A DNA stretch of 64,000 bases from Octopus sinensis (GCF_006345805.1 NC_043013.1:44330001-44394000), one strand, 5' to 3'; counted from the stretch's first letter, positions 22,761 to 34,714 are shown. Made by a program: numbers and translations. The notes: generated from the letters alone by a model not told the origin.

Positions 22761-22812
22761 CCGTGGTTTTAGGGTTTTTTTTTCTCTATTGAGGATTATA
22801 CATTAAGATTTG

Positions 22813-22972
22813 GGCGAACCTTCGGTATATGTACCGGTGTAAGTACAGGATACATTTCAAAAAAGTGCTTGTTTTTTTATATATGTTAAGGTTAGGGGTG
22901 GGAGAAAAGGGTTTTTGTTATATTCAGAAATGTAAAAAAAAGTCACGCGTGTACATATACCTAAGCATCGCC
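22813..22972. mobile_element. Merlin-like MITE, GGCGA family
   Basis: TSD AAGATTTG/AAGATTTA (8 bp, 1 mismatch), termini GGCGAACCTTCGGTAT...ATACCTAAGCATCGCC, internal GTTAAGGTTAGGGG. Confidence 0.75.
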
Positions 22973-23268
22973 AAGATTTATTTTTATTATTACGTTAAAC
23001 CTGCAAACAACACACACTCATACACATTCTTTGTTTTGTCCCGTCTTGTACCATCCACAAAGTTTTTCTTAATGTAAACCCTTTGTGGTCAATAAAGAAA
23101 TCATAATCATAATCATTATAAAAACGGCAAACAGGCAGAATCGTTATCGCGCCAGACAAAAAAAAAAAAAAAAATGCCGCCGAAGTCGACTTTGCCTTTT
23201 ATCCTTTCGGGGTGGCTAAAATAAGCACCTGTCACGTATTGACTGGGGCCGATGCAATCAACTGTGAT

Positions 23269-24697
23269 GATGGGTGGGCGACATGGGGAAAAGGTTCTGG
23301 GAATTTTTTTCTTTTGATTTTCAGTTTTAAAATGTGGACGACCCGATTCTGTCGTTCGTTTCTCTATGATTACCAAACAAATTATTAAATACTTCGAAAT
23401 CAAAATTGGGCGTACGTGGTGGAGACGTAACCCATCCGCTTCCGTACATTAAATAAGCCTTCAAGCAGTCTATCAACATGCTAGAAATAACAACCAAATC
23501 TCACACAAACTCTTTTTCGCACATATTTTTTAATAAATTCCCGCGATAAAAAAGAGGTATTATAAAAAAGTTGGCGTAACTTCGGTATAAGTACCGGATA
23601 CATTTCAAGAAAGTGTTTTTTTTTTTATATATGGGGCGTTAGGGTTAGGGGTGCGAGAAAAGGGTTTCTGTTATCTTCAGAAACGTAAAAGTCACGTGTG
23701 TACTTATACCGAAGGATCGCCAAAAAGTTAAAATAAAATAGTTATTGCCAGGAACCTGGGCTCCTAGCCAAACAAATGCGTTGCCTATCTTGTAAAACTA
23801 TACTGAGCAAAATTTACAAAGTGAAGCGGGCTGGAAGATCTCAGTCAGAGAGCAAGTTCCAGTGCAACAAGAAAGGTTTTAAGAAGTCGGCAAAAAAAAA
23901 AAACCAAATACCGCTTCGGGAAAAGAACTTGGTTTGGCCTTTGCAGTTTGTCTGGCAAAAAGTTAAAATAAAGTGTTCATTTTTTTTTACAACAGAAAGT
24001 GTTAGAGATTTCCAAAGTGTTTTTTTTTTTCCTACAAAATGAAACTTGAAAGGGCAATTTCAAAAAAAATTGAGTACCGAAATAAAACCCAAATCTCCAA
24101 CACACCCACACACATCTCTATGTGATGCACATACAACACGAATTCGTTGCAAAAAGTTAAAATTAAGTGTTTGGGTTTTTTGGGGTGGGGTGGGTGGTTA
24201 CAACAGAAAGTGTTGGAGATTTCCAAAGTTTTTTTTTCCTACAAAATGAAACTCGAAAGGGCATTCACAAAAAGTACCGAAATAAAACCCAAATCTCTAA
24301 CAAACTCGCTCGATACACCCACACATATCTGTATGTGGTACACATACAACACGAATTCGTTGAAAATATCAAAGAAATTTCAAGTTACATACCGTTGGAA
24401 TTCACGGGGAATAAACCTTGGAATTATGTTCTAAACATTGTATACCTGGATCCTTGTACTCCATTTCGAAATTTCGCGCGGTGACAGAAAATGAAACTAT
24501 GGGTGCGCATGCCCAATACCTGAAAGAGGAACCAATTGACCCAACAAAACAAAGAATTAAATAAATAAACACTTTATTGTAACTTTCTACCACATAAAGA
24601 GAAACGAACGACAGAATCGGGCCGTCCGCATTTTAAAACCGAAAATTAAAAAAAAAAAATATTTCCAGAAACCTTTTCCACATGTCGCCCGCCCATC
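23269..24697. mobile_element. Unclassified CpG-rich DNA element with about 100-bp terminal inverted repeats
   Basis: Arms 23269-23365 and 24598-24697 (GATGGGYGGGCGACATG...GTCGTTCGTTTCTCT). Internal roughly 200-bp direct duplication at 23956-24362. No TSD found. Confidence 0.65.
23573..23721. mobile_element. Merlin-like MITE, GGCGA family, nested in the previous element
   Basis: Perfect 8-bp TSD AAAAAGTT and internal GTTAGGGTTAGGGG. Confidence 0.85.
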
Positions 24698-25009
24698 TGC
24701 CAAAGTTTCACTTTCAGCGTAGCAGTCAACACATGCGCAACCGCGAAAAGGGTTTCAAAACTTCGTGTTTATGCCGTAGACTGCGAGGGGAGAGAGAGAG
24801 GGATAATTTTTTTTTTTTTTGAAATTTTACAAACATTTTTGGAAATTTTTTTCAGAATCATAATCTCCGTAATTTTCCACATATTTTGCAAGAAAAAAGA
24901 AAAAAAAATTCTGAAAAAAGTCAAAAATGAAGAAATTGGGGGGATTGAAATCTTGAAATGCCGATTTTTGCCATTTTTTTTTTTTTTACCAGATTCGTAA
25001 TCTCCGTAA

Positions 25010-25384
25010 CCCTTACAGAATTTTCTCTATAAAGCCAAGAGAAAAAGATGTTTTATAAACACATTCTCCCAGTATACGAAGTTGAGTGGAGGGAAGGGTA
25101 TCTTTTTTCCTTCACAAATGTAAATAAACCCAATCTGTTTCTTAAACGAGGGACATATTCATACGGCACAGAATGTTTTTTACCTCAATAGACGCCACTG
25201 ACTGGTTGAAATTGCAGAAATTGAAGAAAAAAACAACAAATATCTTACCAACCTATAGAATTTTCTCAATTAAGCCAAGAGAAAAAGATGTTTTATAAAC
25301 ACATTCTACCAGTATACGAAGTTTAAAATTTTTTAGTTACCTAGAAATTATGTTAAAAACTGCCGTTCAAACAGAAAAGATCCA
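25010..25384. mobile_element. Rearranged Merlin-like GGATC MITE
   Basis: The right TIR ends AAAAGATCC followed by AATCTCCG. The same 8-mer precedes the left junction, but the left TIR is missing and an internal segment is duplicated. Confidence 0.7.
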
Positions 25385-25574
25385 ATCTCCGTACCTGAAA
25401 ACGGGGGTTTCTGTAAAAAAAAAAATTTTTAATAATGGGTGAGGGTTTGGTGGGAGGGGGGGGGTCAAAAGGAAGTCTTGTCATATTTTGATACATCGTT
25501 TTTGTAGAGTTTCTTTCGAAAACTTGAGGTTGAAACTCTAAAACAATTTTCACAGCAGAAACTCACCATGTTTA

Positions 25575-25750
25575 CATATACAAAATGGAGCTTATATACA
25601 CAACATAGAGCTTACATATACAAAGCAGAGTTTACCTATACAAAATATTGTTTACATACATAAAATAAAGTTTATATATACAAAACAGTATTGACAGAGT
25701 TTAATGTACACAGAATGGAACTTACGCAGAAAATAGTGTTTATATACACA
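25575..25750. repeat. Degenerate roughly 21-bp minisatellite (AGAGYTTACATATACAAAAT-like)
   Basis: Direct reading; about 7 imperfect units. Confidence 0.6.
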
Positions 25751-25831
25751 CACATAGAATGGAAACCGTAATTTGCTTCTTCTGTTTAGCCTCAGGTCAC
25801 CCGTGATCCAGAAGACATTGATCATGCAGAA

Positions 25832-26995
25832 AGGCGGCGAGCTGGCAGAATCGTTAGCACGCCGGGCGAAATGCTTAGCGGTATTTTGTCTGTCTTTATG
25901 TTCTGAGTTCAAATTCCGCCGAGGTCGACTTTACCTTTCATCCTTTCGGGGTCGATAAATTAAGTACCAGTTACGCACTGGGGTCGAGGTAATTGACTTA
26001 ATCCATTTGTCAGTCCTTGTTTGTCCCTTCTGTGTTTAGCCCCTTGTGGGTAGTAAAGAAACAGGTATTTTGTCTGTCTTTACGTTCTGAGTTCAAATTC
26101 CGCCGAGGTCGACTTTACCTTTCATCCTTTCGGGGTCGATAAATTAAGTACCAGTTACGCACTGGAATCGATATAATCGACTTAATCCGTTTGTCTGTCC
26201 TTGTTTGTCCTCTCTGTGTTTAGCCCCTTGTAGGTAGTAAAGAAACAGGTATTTCGTCTGCCGAAGGTGGCGAGCTGGCAGAAACGTTAGCACGCCGGGC
26301 GAAATGCGTAGCCGTATTTCGTCTGCCGTTATGCTCTGAGTTCAAATTCCGCCGAGGTTGACTTTGCCTTTCATCCTTTCGGGGTCGATAAATTAGGTAC
26401 CAGTTACGCACTGAGGTCGATATAATCGACTTAATACTTTTGTCTGTCCTTGTTTGTCCCCTCTGTGTTTAGCCCCTTGTGGGTAGTAAAGAAATAGGTA
26501 TTTCGTCTGCCGCTACGTTCTGAGTTCAAATTCCGCCAAGGTCGACTTTGCCTGTCATCCTTTCGGAGTCGATAAATTAAGTACCAGTTACGCACTGAGG
26601 TCGATATAATCGACTTAATACTTTTGTCTGTCCTTGTTTGTCCCCTCTGTGTTTAGCCCCTTGTGGGTAGTAAAGAAATAGGTATTTCGTCTGTCTTTAC
26701 GCTCCGAGTTCAAATCCGCCGAGGTCGACTTTGCCTTTCATTCTTTCGGGGTCGATATAATCGACTTAATACCTATGTCTGTCCTTGTTTGTCCCTTCTA
26801 TGTTTAGCCCCTTGTGGGTAATAAAGAAATGGGTATTTTGTCTGTCTTTTCGTTCTGAGTTCAAATTCCGCCGAGGTCGACTTTACCTTTCATCCTTTCG
26901 GAGTCGATAAATTAAGTACCAGTTATGCACTGGGGTCGATGTAATCGACTGGCCCCCTCCCACCAAATTTCGGGCCTTGTGCCTAGAGTAGAAAA
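25832..26995 (+). repeat. Tandem array of family-2 SINE modules (184-bp period)
   Basis: Modules start GGTATTT(C/T)GTCTG at 25880, 26064, 26248, 26497, 26681 and about 26832. A second head is at about 26263. Confidence 0.9.
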
Positions 26996-27296
26996 GATAT
27001 TGATCTTGCAGATATTGCAGTCATGACCAGATCATGTTTTATTTTTTTTTTATTATTCGACAATGTATCTAGGACTAATGTCGCCTTTCATCTTTTGTTT
27101 ATTCATTTAGAAAAAATAACAGGAGAGCAGCGGTTCCCAAACTGCGCTATTGTTCACAGTCGTGTTGTGCGTTTGGATCTAGGTGTACCATGAAATTAAT
27201 AGATGTACTTGCATAGCAAGTGAGTTGATCTGAGATCGTGTGCTGGAACGAAAACAATTGCAGCGTGGAAGGTGTTTATAAGCCATTTAAGAAACA

Positions 27297-27356
27297 CACA
27301 AAACCGTTAGATTCACTTCATTTAAATTTAAACGAAGTGAATCTAACGGTTTTGTG
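27297..27356. repeat. 60-bp near-perfect palindrome
   Basis: CACAAAACCGTTAGATTCACTTC-A-TTTAAA|TTTAAA-C-GAAGTGAATCTAACGGTTTTGTG, with one mismatch. Confidence 0.95.
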
Positions 27357-28568
27357 AAATTAATAGAATTATGTTTTTAAAAATGTGATTATAAACTGAT
27401 ATTTTAAATATCCTTTCTTCTATAGGCACAAGGCCTCAAAATGTTTTTTGGGAGGGGGTTGGAGCTAGTCGATTACATCGATCCTTATGCTTAACTGGTA
27501 ATTATTTTATCGATCTGGTCAGGGTGGAAGGCAAGGTCGACCTCGGCGGAATATGAAGTCAGAGCGTAAAGACTTCTTCACTTACTAAACATTCACTGTG
27601 TGTGTGTGTGTGTATGAGAGAGGGAGTTCACCGCATTGATAAACCATTAGAGATGAATATCAAAATATTTTCGACGTAATTTTTCTTTTTTTTCTTCAAT
27701 TTCGGAAAATGCTTCACGTGCCATTCATTCTATGTTTATTCCTTTCGTAAGATACGAGAAACTGCGGTATTGATTCAAAAGATCTTGGTATTTGTAAAAG
27801 AGTGGTAAACAGTCATCTTAAATGATTTGACCCCTTGTAATTTGAAACTTTGATTATTTATGCTCCTTAGCAATTCCGATTAAAAATTTATGTGGCTAAT
27901 GGCATCAACCAAAAATTCTAAATAATAATTTTAGGTCCTGTAATTCTATCCATGGAGAGATTCAGTTCATCTTATAGAAGCTCTTGAATATCGCCAGCGA
28001 ACTTTACAATCGCATAAATTATTAGATTCAGCGGAAGAGGTTTTTCTAATTTTTTTTCAGTTTCAGTTATTCAATCGCTTACTTTTTATCACACTGTACG
28101 TTCGTAGAGAATGGAATCTTTATTATGATCAAAAATGATCTTACATAGAGAGGGACATTACAAGACAACGTTCGAAGAGAATGCGAACACTCATTTCGTT
28201 GATGAATAAAACAATGACTCACTATTAAGGTCTAAACATCCAGTTGTAGTCTTCAAGTTCTTTAGCAAATATAACGAGTTCTTTTAGAGATCTTATCATA
28301 GATGGTGCTGCGTCTGAGATTACACGACTGAGATATTTAATAAGGGTTAATCGAAATCCCTTATTGCTGATTTAATCTATGAAAAAAAAATCTCTACCTC
28401 TGCAAGTCCTGTGTATCGACATTAAAGCAAGTGTATCTCGTATCGTAAATTACTGATTTTATCATACATAAAACTGCAGTGACTGCCGTATTTACTTACC
28501 AGATTCCTCTCTACAGCTATTAAATAAGACACATTCTGAAGCAGCTTGTTTGGATATCGTTATGTCTT

Positions 28569-28796
28569 TTAAAAGGTGAGAAACTCTCTCCCAAAGTAAG
28601 CTATTCTCAAACAATCTGACAAATTGGTGTCACCACAACTATTAATAAACTTGGCTTTTGTGTGATGTCTCACTTCCTCTGCAGTTACCGTAAAATATTC
28701 ATACATAACACGCACCTTTTTTTCATCAAAATCAGGATTAAAATTTAGGTGCATATAATACTTGGTATTAAGGCTGCGAAGTTTTTCCCCGCCCAT
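28569..28796 (-). CDS. 75-aa ORF of unknown nature (MGGEKLRSLNTKYYMHLNFNPDFDEKK...)
   Basis: One of the few high-complexity, non-repeat ORFs in the track. No motif recognised. Confidence 0.15.
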   Translation of the reverse strand: MGGEKLRSLNTKYYMHLNFNPDFDEKKVRVMYEYFTVTAEEVRHHTKAKFINSCGDTNLSDCLRIAYFGREFLTF

Positions 28797-29411
28797 TTCA
28801 TTTAAGAAAAAAGTGAATATGTAATAAGATCTTTTTATTTTTTTACATCATTTTTCATCATATATAAATTTATTTATTATAAAATGACACATTGAAAACT
28901 AATATATGGGGCTTACAGTAAGATTATCTACACTTGTAGCATTAGTATGATGGGTTTTAAAACCAATTGAAACCTTAACATCGCGATGAATATTACAAAT
29001 GAACTTTTATGGTAGTCCGCACTTCATAATTTCTTTGGTGTTACGGCAATATTTCATTAATATATATTTTAAAAATAGATTGTTGTTTCCATAAGGATTC
29101 TTTTAGGATATTAAGCTTGACTAAAAATATTTTTAAAAACAAAAAATCCGTTTCTTTTTTTTTTCTTTTTGTATATTACACAATATTAACATGTTTTGTT
29201 TATTTGTACATTTCAATGTTCATATATGCATTTTTTGCCACTAAATTCAAAAATCACATTCGTTTTGACCTAAAACCGATAGTTATTTATTTATTGCTAA
29301 TTTCATAATTTGCTCGTTATATTTGTAACTTTTCTCTGCAGCACTTTGTTGGTTCGATCTATTCTAGTACTGTAAGGATAATTACACAACATTTAGTACT
29401 TTTTCATATTA

Positions 29412-29627
29412 CCCTTTTACTCTTTTACTTGTTTCAGTCATTTGACTGCGGCCATGCTGGAGCACCGCCTTTAATCGAGCAACTCGACCCCGGGACTTAT
29501 TCTTTTGTAAGCCCAGTACTTTTTCTATCGGTCTCTTTTGCCGAACCGCTAAATTACGGGGACGTAAACACACCAGCATCGGTTGTCAAGCAATGCTAGA
29601 GGGACAAACACAGACACACAAACATAT

Positions 29628-29690
<63 letters not shown>

Positions 29691-29851
29691 TACGACAGGC
29701 TTCTTTCACTTTCCGTCTACCAAATCCACTCACAAGGCATTGGTCGGCCCGAAGCTATAGTAGAAGACACTTGCCCAAGGTGCCACGCAGTGGGACTGAA
29801 CCCGGAACCATGTGGTTGGTTAGCAAGCTACTTACCACATAGCCACTCCTG
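29412..29851 (-). mobile_element. SINE family 1, full length, young
   Basis: Near-consensus with CpGs retained. Confidence 0.9.
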
Positions 29852-30041
29852 AAAGATATTTACTAAGTATATTATTAGTTAGAATTTAAAAAAAAACAAT
29901 AAAACTCTGCACTGTAAATGCCTTGATAACTCTTTTCTTAAGATGAGAAGTGCTTTGACGATCGAGATTTTCTGGAGTGTATACCTTCCTTTCTTCTAAC
30001 TAGAGACCATAGCGAAATCTATCTGAAGAATTTTTACATAC

Positions 30042-30082
30042 TCTAGTAGCCATCCTGAAAGTAGCAGAACTTAGTAATTGGC
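30042..30082 (-). CDS. Candidate 41-nt exon (xQLLSSATFRMATR)
   Basis: Minus-strand acceptor TTTTTTCTTTCAG, donor AGA|GTATGT, one open frame. Confidence 0.2.
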
Positions 30083-30550
30083 CTGAAAGAAAAAATTAGA
30101 TATTCATTTAGTAGCGGAACATTATAACAATACCGAATATATAATAACATTAAAAGTCGACATGTTTATTTTTAACTGTTGATGATACACAAAAAATAAT
30201 TTCATTTTTGGAATCAGCTGAAAAAATGGATCGATAAACAATAAAAAAAATACAATAAACAAATTTTTTTTTTAAATTGTTATTGTGTTCAGAACTGTAC
30301 ATTTTATAAACTACAACCAAATCTTTAATCATTACAAATAATAGAAATAAAAGACATTTTCCATTTATTTCTAAAAGAAAAAAAATATTTATTTATTTTA
30401 TATTGAACAAAACTTTCGCTGGCATTTAATATTTCTCTCTCATTAGAACTAGAATGAGCACAATATTGATTTAAGTTGTTTAATGGCAAATAAACCGTAA
30501 ATGTTGCTAACATAAAAAAAAAATTTCGTATAATTTGTGGATGGATGGAA

Positions 30551-30919
30551 GCACTCCGTCGGTTACGACGACGACGAGGGTTCCGGTTGAACCGAATCAA
30601 CGGAACAGCCTGCTCGTGAAATTAACGTGTAAGTGGCTGAGCACTCCACAGACACGTGTACCCTTAACGTAGTTCTCGGGGATATTCAGCGTGACACGGA
30701 GAGTGACAAGGCCGGCCCCTTGAAATACAGGTACAACAGAAACAGGAAGTAAGAGTGAGAGAAAGTTGTGGTGAAAGAGTACAACAGGGATCACCACCAT
30801 CCCCTGCCGGACCCTCGTGGAGCTTTAGGTGTTTTCGCTCAATAAACACTCACAACGCCCGGTCTAGGAATCGAAACCGCGAGTCCGCTGCCCTAACCAC
30901 TGGGCCATTGCGCCTCCAC
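30551..30919 (-). mobile_element. tRNA-derived SINE family 3
   Basis: Head GTGGAGGCGCAATGGCCCAGTGGTTAGGGCAGCGGACTCGCGG (A box TGGCCCAGTGG). Sisters at 42515, 49849, 61190-61480 (-) and 62275-62592 (-). Confidence 0.85.
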
Positions 30920-31909
30920 TGTATAATTGGTAATGACGTAAACAACAACCAACGAAGAGAAATCTTCATTCGCACTGTGTGGACGTCAGAATAAGACATA
31001 GTTAATAAATGCTTCAAGCGAATTGCAATATGTAACGTATTAGTCAACAATTTGAGCATATTCTGTCTTATGATTAATGTCACAAAACAAACATTACATC
31101 CAACAGAAATTTGTTGGAAGCAATTTATATTAAATTACTACTTTGATAATTACTGTTTTAGCTCAAGCTCTTCTTATTTCCATGGTTTTTCTTTGTTTGT
31201 TTTCTTGTTTTTATTTTTTACAAACGTTGTGAACGATGGTTTCAAATTTAAATGCAGGCAAAATGTTGATAACCACAGAAGTGAGTGAGCGAAGCGATTA
31301 ACATGCAGTTCGGTATCGTAAAAATAAATATCATGAATATAGGCGTAGGAGTGGCTGTGTGGTAAGTAGCTTGCTTACCAACCACATGGTTCCGGGTTCA
31401 GTCCCACTGAGTGGCACCTTGGGCAAGTGTCTTCTACTATAGCCTCGGGCCGACCAAGGCCCTGTGAGTGGATTTGGTAGAGGGAAACTGAAAGAAGCCG
31501 GTCGTATATATGTACACACACACACACACACACATATATATAAAACAGAATACAAAGGATGTCGAGGTACACGTGTTTCGAGCTTTATAAAACAACTTAT
31601 TCTTACATCAATGTATAATCGACATAACAGATGGTTTAAAGCCCTCTTCAGCCGCATGCAATTGCTACACCAAAGACTTGTATCACATTATGAAAAGTTC
31701 GAAAAGGAACATTTGGTATTATTTATAATGGTAGGTATATTGAGTTTCACTGAGAAAGTATGTTTGTAAATCTTCATAATCAAATAGGTGTACAGGGTTT
31801 ATTAAAGGAAAAAGTAGAATAGAGGGGAAGAGAAGGAAACGGTAATAATGTTGGGATCACAAGTAAAAATATAAATGTAAATAGATATAACACAGTAAAC
31901 GAAAGGCTA

Positions 31910-32166
31910 AAATTTAGGGTTAGGGTTAGTGACAGGATGTTGTCTCGGTTTTAGACGCAGCAAATTATTTTAGCTCAACAGAGGCCATCGATTGGTTAAA
32001 ATTCGAAAAATTAAACTACGTTAAACTTACAAATTACAATTTTCTCAAGAAAGCCAAGAGAAAAAAATGTTTTATTTTGATACATTCTACCAGTATACGA
32101 AGTTTAAAAGTGTTTAGTTAACTAGAAATTTTGTGACGAAAACTGCCGTTCAAAAGGAAAAGATCC
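31910..32166. mobile_element. Merlin-like GGATC MITE fragment
   Basis: TTAGGGTTAGGGTTAG, ACATTCTACCAGTATACGAAGTTT and a right TIR ending AAAAGATCC. Confidence 0.7.
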
Positions 32167-32821
32167 CGAACTCATTCGTTAGCTCGTATCACACCGGGTA
32201 GTAAAATCGTGCGATGCGACAACATTGGAATTGACATAGAGTCCTTTAGAAGTTTTTATCAAAGATGTCATGAGTAGTATTAAAATGTCAAGAGAAAATG
32301 AGTGATAAGAGAGATGGTGAGGTAGGAAGTGGGATCGCTTTTCCTTATCATGTTTTACTTTGAGGCTGTAAAAAATACGTACTACTGTTTTTAAAAAGGA
32401 AACTAATTGTAAACATACTGATTCTAATATTCCTTATTAAAAGGCTGGAAGCGTTTTGTACGCTGAGCATTTTACGTCCGGCGCGCTAACGATTCTGCCA
32501 TTTCGCTACAAACATACTGATTCTAGAGAGATCACAGGCGCATGCGTGGTAAGAAGTTTGCTTTCCAACCACATGGTTCCGGGTTCAGTGCCACTGCGTC
32601 CCACCTTGGGCAAGTGTTTTGTACTCTAGCCTCGGGCCGACCAAAGTCAAAAGCCCGTTGTATATATGTGTGTATGTGCCGATTCATTCGACTAAATACT
32701 TATCAAGGCGGTGCCACAGCATGGCCGCAGTCTATTAACCGAAACAGATAAAAGATAACAGATACCGTTTTAGTTTCCTTTCTAAAAAGGAATTCGGATC
32801 TTTTCGGTTTGAATGGCAGTT

Positions 32822-33935
32822 GGATCTTTTCATTTCCAAGGCCTGTTTTGTCAGATTTTTCTAGTTAACTAAATAATTTGAAACTTCGTATACTGGTAGA
32901 GTGTCTCAAAAGAAAACACTAGTTTCAACTTGTTTATTTGAGAAAAATGTATTTTATAACTTTAAGGGTAGATTAAATCTACGAATTTTAACCAATCGTA
33001 TTGTTTGTTTTCATTTGAAATAATTAACTGCATTATCTTAGTGTGACGTAGAAAGCTACTTTGTGACGTAGACAGCTGTGCGTAGGTCTGTGTTTTGCGT
33101 GCGTGTGTGTGTGTTTGATGGGGTGTGGGAGACAGAAAGTATGTTGTGTAAGTGAAGTACTTCTGTTAGTGTGTGTGAAGAGACAGAGAGAGATAACTGA
33201 AATTTTTTACTCGGTGTATGTGTACATGTAAGTATGCATGTATGTGTGTGTGTGTATGTATCTATGTATGTGTGTGTGTATGTATGTATGACCGATTCAG
33301 TGTTTACATTATTTCGAGTTAAAACGAAAGATTACCAAAAGAAATTTTGTCTATATCTTCGATCACTGTCATTATTCCATTGAGTCAACCTCATTATTTT
33401 CTACATAGCAAAGGTAATCTTTCGTTTTAACTCGAAATAATGTAAACACTGAATCGGCCATACATACATACACACACACACATACATACACACACATACG
33501 AAAGATTGCCAAAGATAAAAAGTTACAGAAATAAAAGTTACACGAATAAAGTAAAGAATAAAAATCACAAAAAATATACGAAAATTTACAAAAACTAAGT
33601 TAGTTATATAATATATAAGTTTAATATATAAGTTAGTTAATAATATATTAAAAAAATGTGAATAGAAACTGAAGGAATACGGTAACCGGGTGTTTACATT
33701 TCACGTATGTTAAATACGTCAGCAAAATAGCCGTTTACGTCTATTGAGACGGAGTAAATAATATGGTTAAAATTCTAATTATTAAACAACGTTAAACTTT
33801 GAAATTACAATTCCGTTTTCATTCTGGTTTACAATTATGTTTTCTTTTGACACATTCTACCAGTATACGAAGTTTCAAATTGTTTGGTTAAGTAGGAAAA
33901 ATCTGAAAAAACAGGCCTTGGAAATGAAAAGATCC
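32822..33935. mobile_element. Merlin-like GGATC element B (about 1.1 kb) inserted in the TIR of element A
   Basis: TIR GGATCTTTT(T)CATTTCCAAGGCCTGTTTT extends about 90 bp. 8-bp TSD TGGCAGTT/CGGCAGTT. Confidence 0.85.
33290..33459. mobile_element. 170-bp MITE with 45-bp perfect TIRs and an AT TSD (ISL2EU-like)
   Basis: 33292-33336 is the exact reverse complement of 33413-33457. Termini G(A/G)CC, flanked by AT on both sides within (ATGT)n. The superfamily call is inferred. Confidence 0.7.
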
Positions 33936-34406
33936 CGGCAGTTTTTTAAAATAATTTCCACGTAACTAAACACTTTTAAACTTCGTATACTGGTAGAATG
34001 TGTTTATAAAACATCTTTTTCTCTTGATTTTATTGAGAAAATTCTATAGTTTGTAAGATATTTGTTGTTTTTTCTTCAATTTCTGCAATTTCAACCAATC
34101 AGTGACGTCTATTGAGGTAAAAAACAACATTCTGTGCCGTATGAATATGTCCCCTCGTTTAAGAAACAGATTGGGTTTATTTACATTTGTGAAGAAAAAA
34201 GATACCCTTCCCCCACCCCTAACCCTACCCTAAAACAGATTGAAATGCAATAGATCGATACTAGGGTCATAATTATGGGTGACAATTTCATATGACACCG
34301 CTAGAAAAAACTGCCGTTCAAACCGAAAAGGTCCACGAATTTTACTTGCTACTCTCAGAATACAATTTACATAATAACATATTGTGGAGTTGTAGAGGTC
34401 CAGAAA

Positions 34407-34465
34407 ATGAATGGGATTTTCGTCATGATTATTTGCCTGCTATTTCTAGTATGTCGAGCGACTGC
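34407..34465 (+). CDS. Candidate first coding exon encoding a signal peptide (MNGIFVMIICLLFLVCRAT-A)
   Basis: Upstream acceptor at 34357-34358, no upstream ATG in the exon, AAAATG context, hydrophobic core plus A-x-A, and donor GC|GTAAAG. Confidence 0.25.
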
Positions 34466-34714
34466 GTAAAGGTTTCGGGCATGCTGGTCTCCATGGCAAT
34501 GGAGATAGGCACACACGATATATCACGAATGGAGGCTTTCGAGTGGTTAAAATTGCATAACTTTAAACGCTTGTTACTTCTGTATCGTTAATTCCTAGTA
34601 AAAAGGGTTGTGATTTTTGTCATCAGCATGCAAAACTACACTGAAACTATATTAAAAAAATAATCTGGCGAAAATTTGGGAAAAAATTCAAGTGGTTGGA
34701 AGAATTTAAACAAG

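Larger units (their letters stand above)
32796..34334. mobile_element. Merlin-like GGATC MITE A, split by a nested element
   Basis: Left TIR GGATCTTTTCGGTTTGAATGGCAGTT; the body resumes at 33936; right TIR ends AAAAGGTCC. The flanks AGGAATTC/ACGAATTT are a degenerate 8-bp TSD. Confidence 0.8.

Noticed and set aside
25560-25572. Minus-strand ATG|GTGAGT, resembling a start-codon-only first exon
   Set aside because: The upstream sequence is a minisatellite, and there is no supporting downstream exon or promoter evidence.
25832-26995. Regular array superficially like CRISPR or a retrozyme
   Set aside because: There are no unique spacers or cas genes and no ribozyme core in the unit. The units are SINE modules.
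31565-31655. GAAACACGTGTA and CTGAAGAGGGC on the minus strand
   Set aside because: The parts are not in register and stem II is broken; at most a decayed Penelope-like end.
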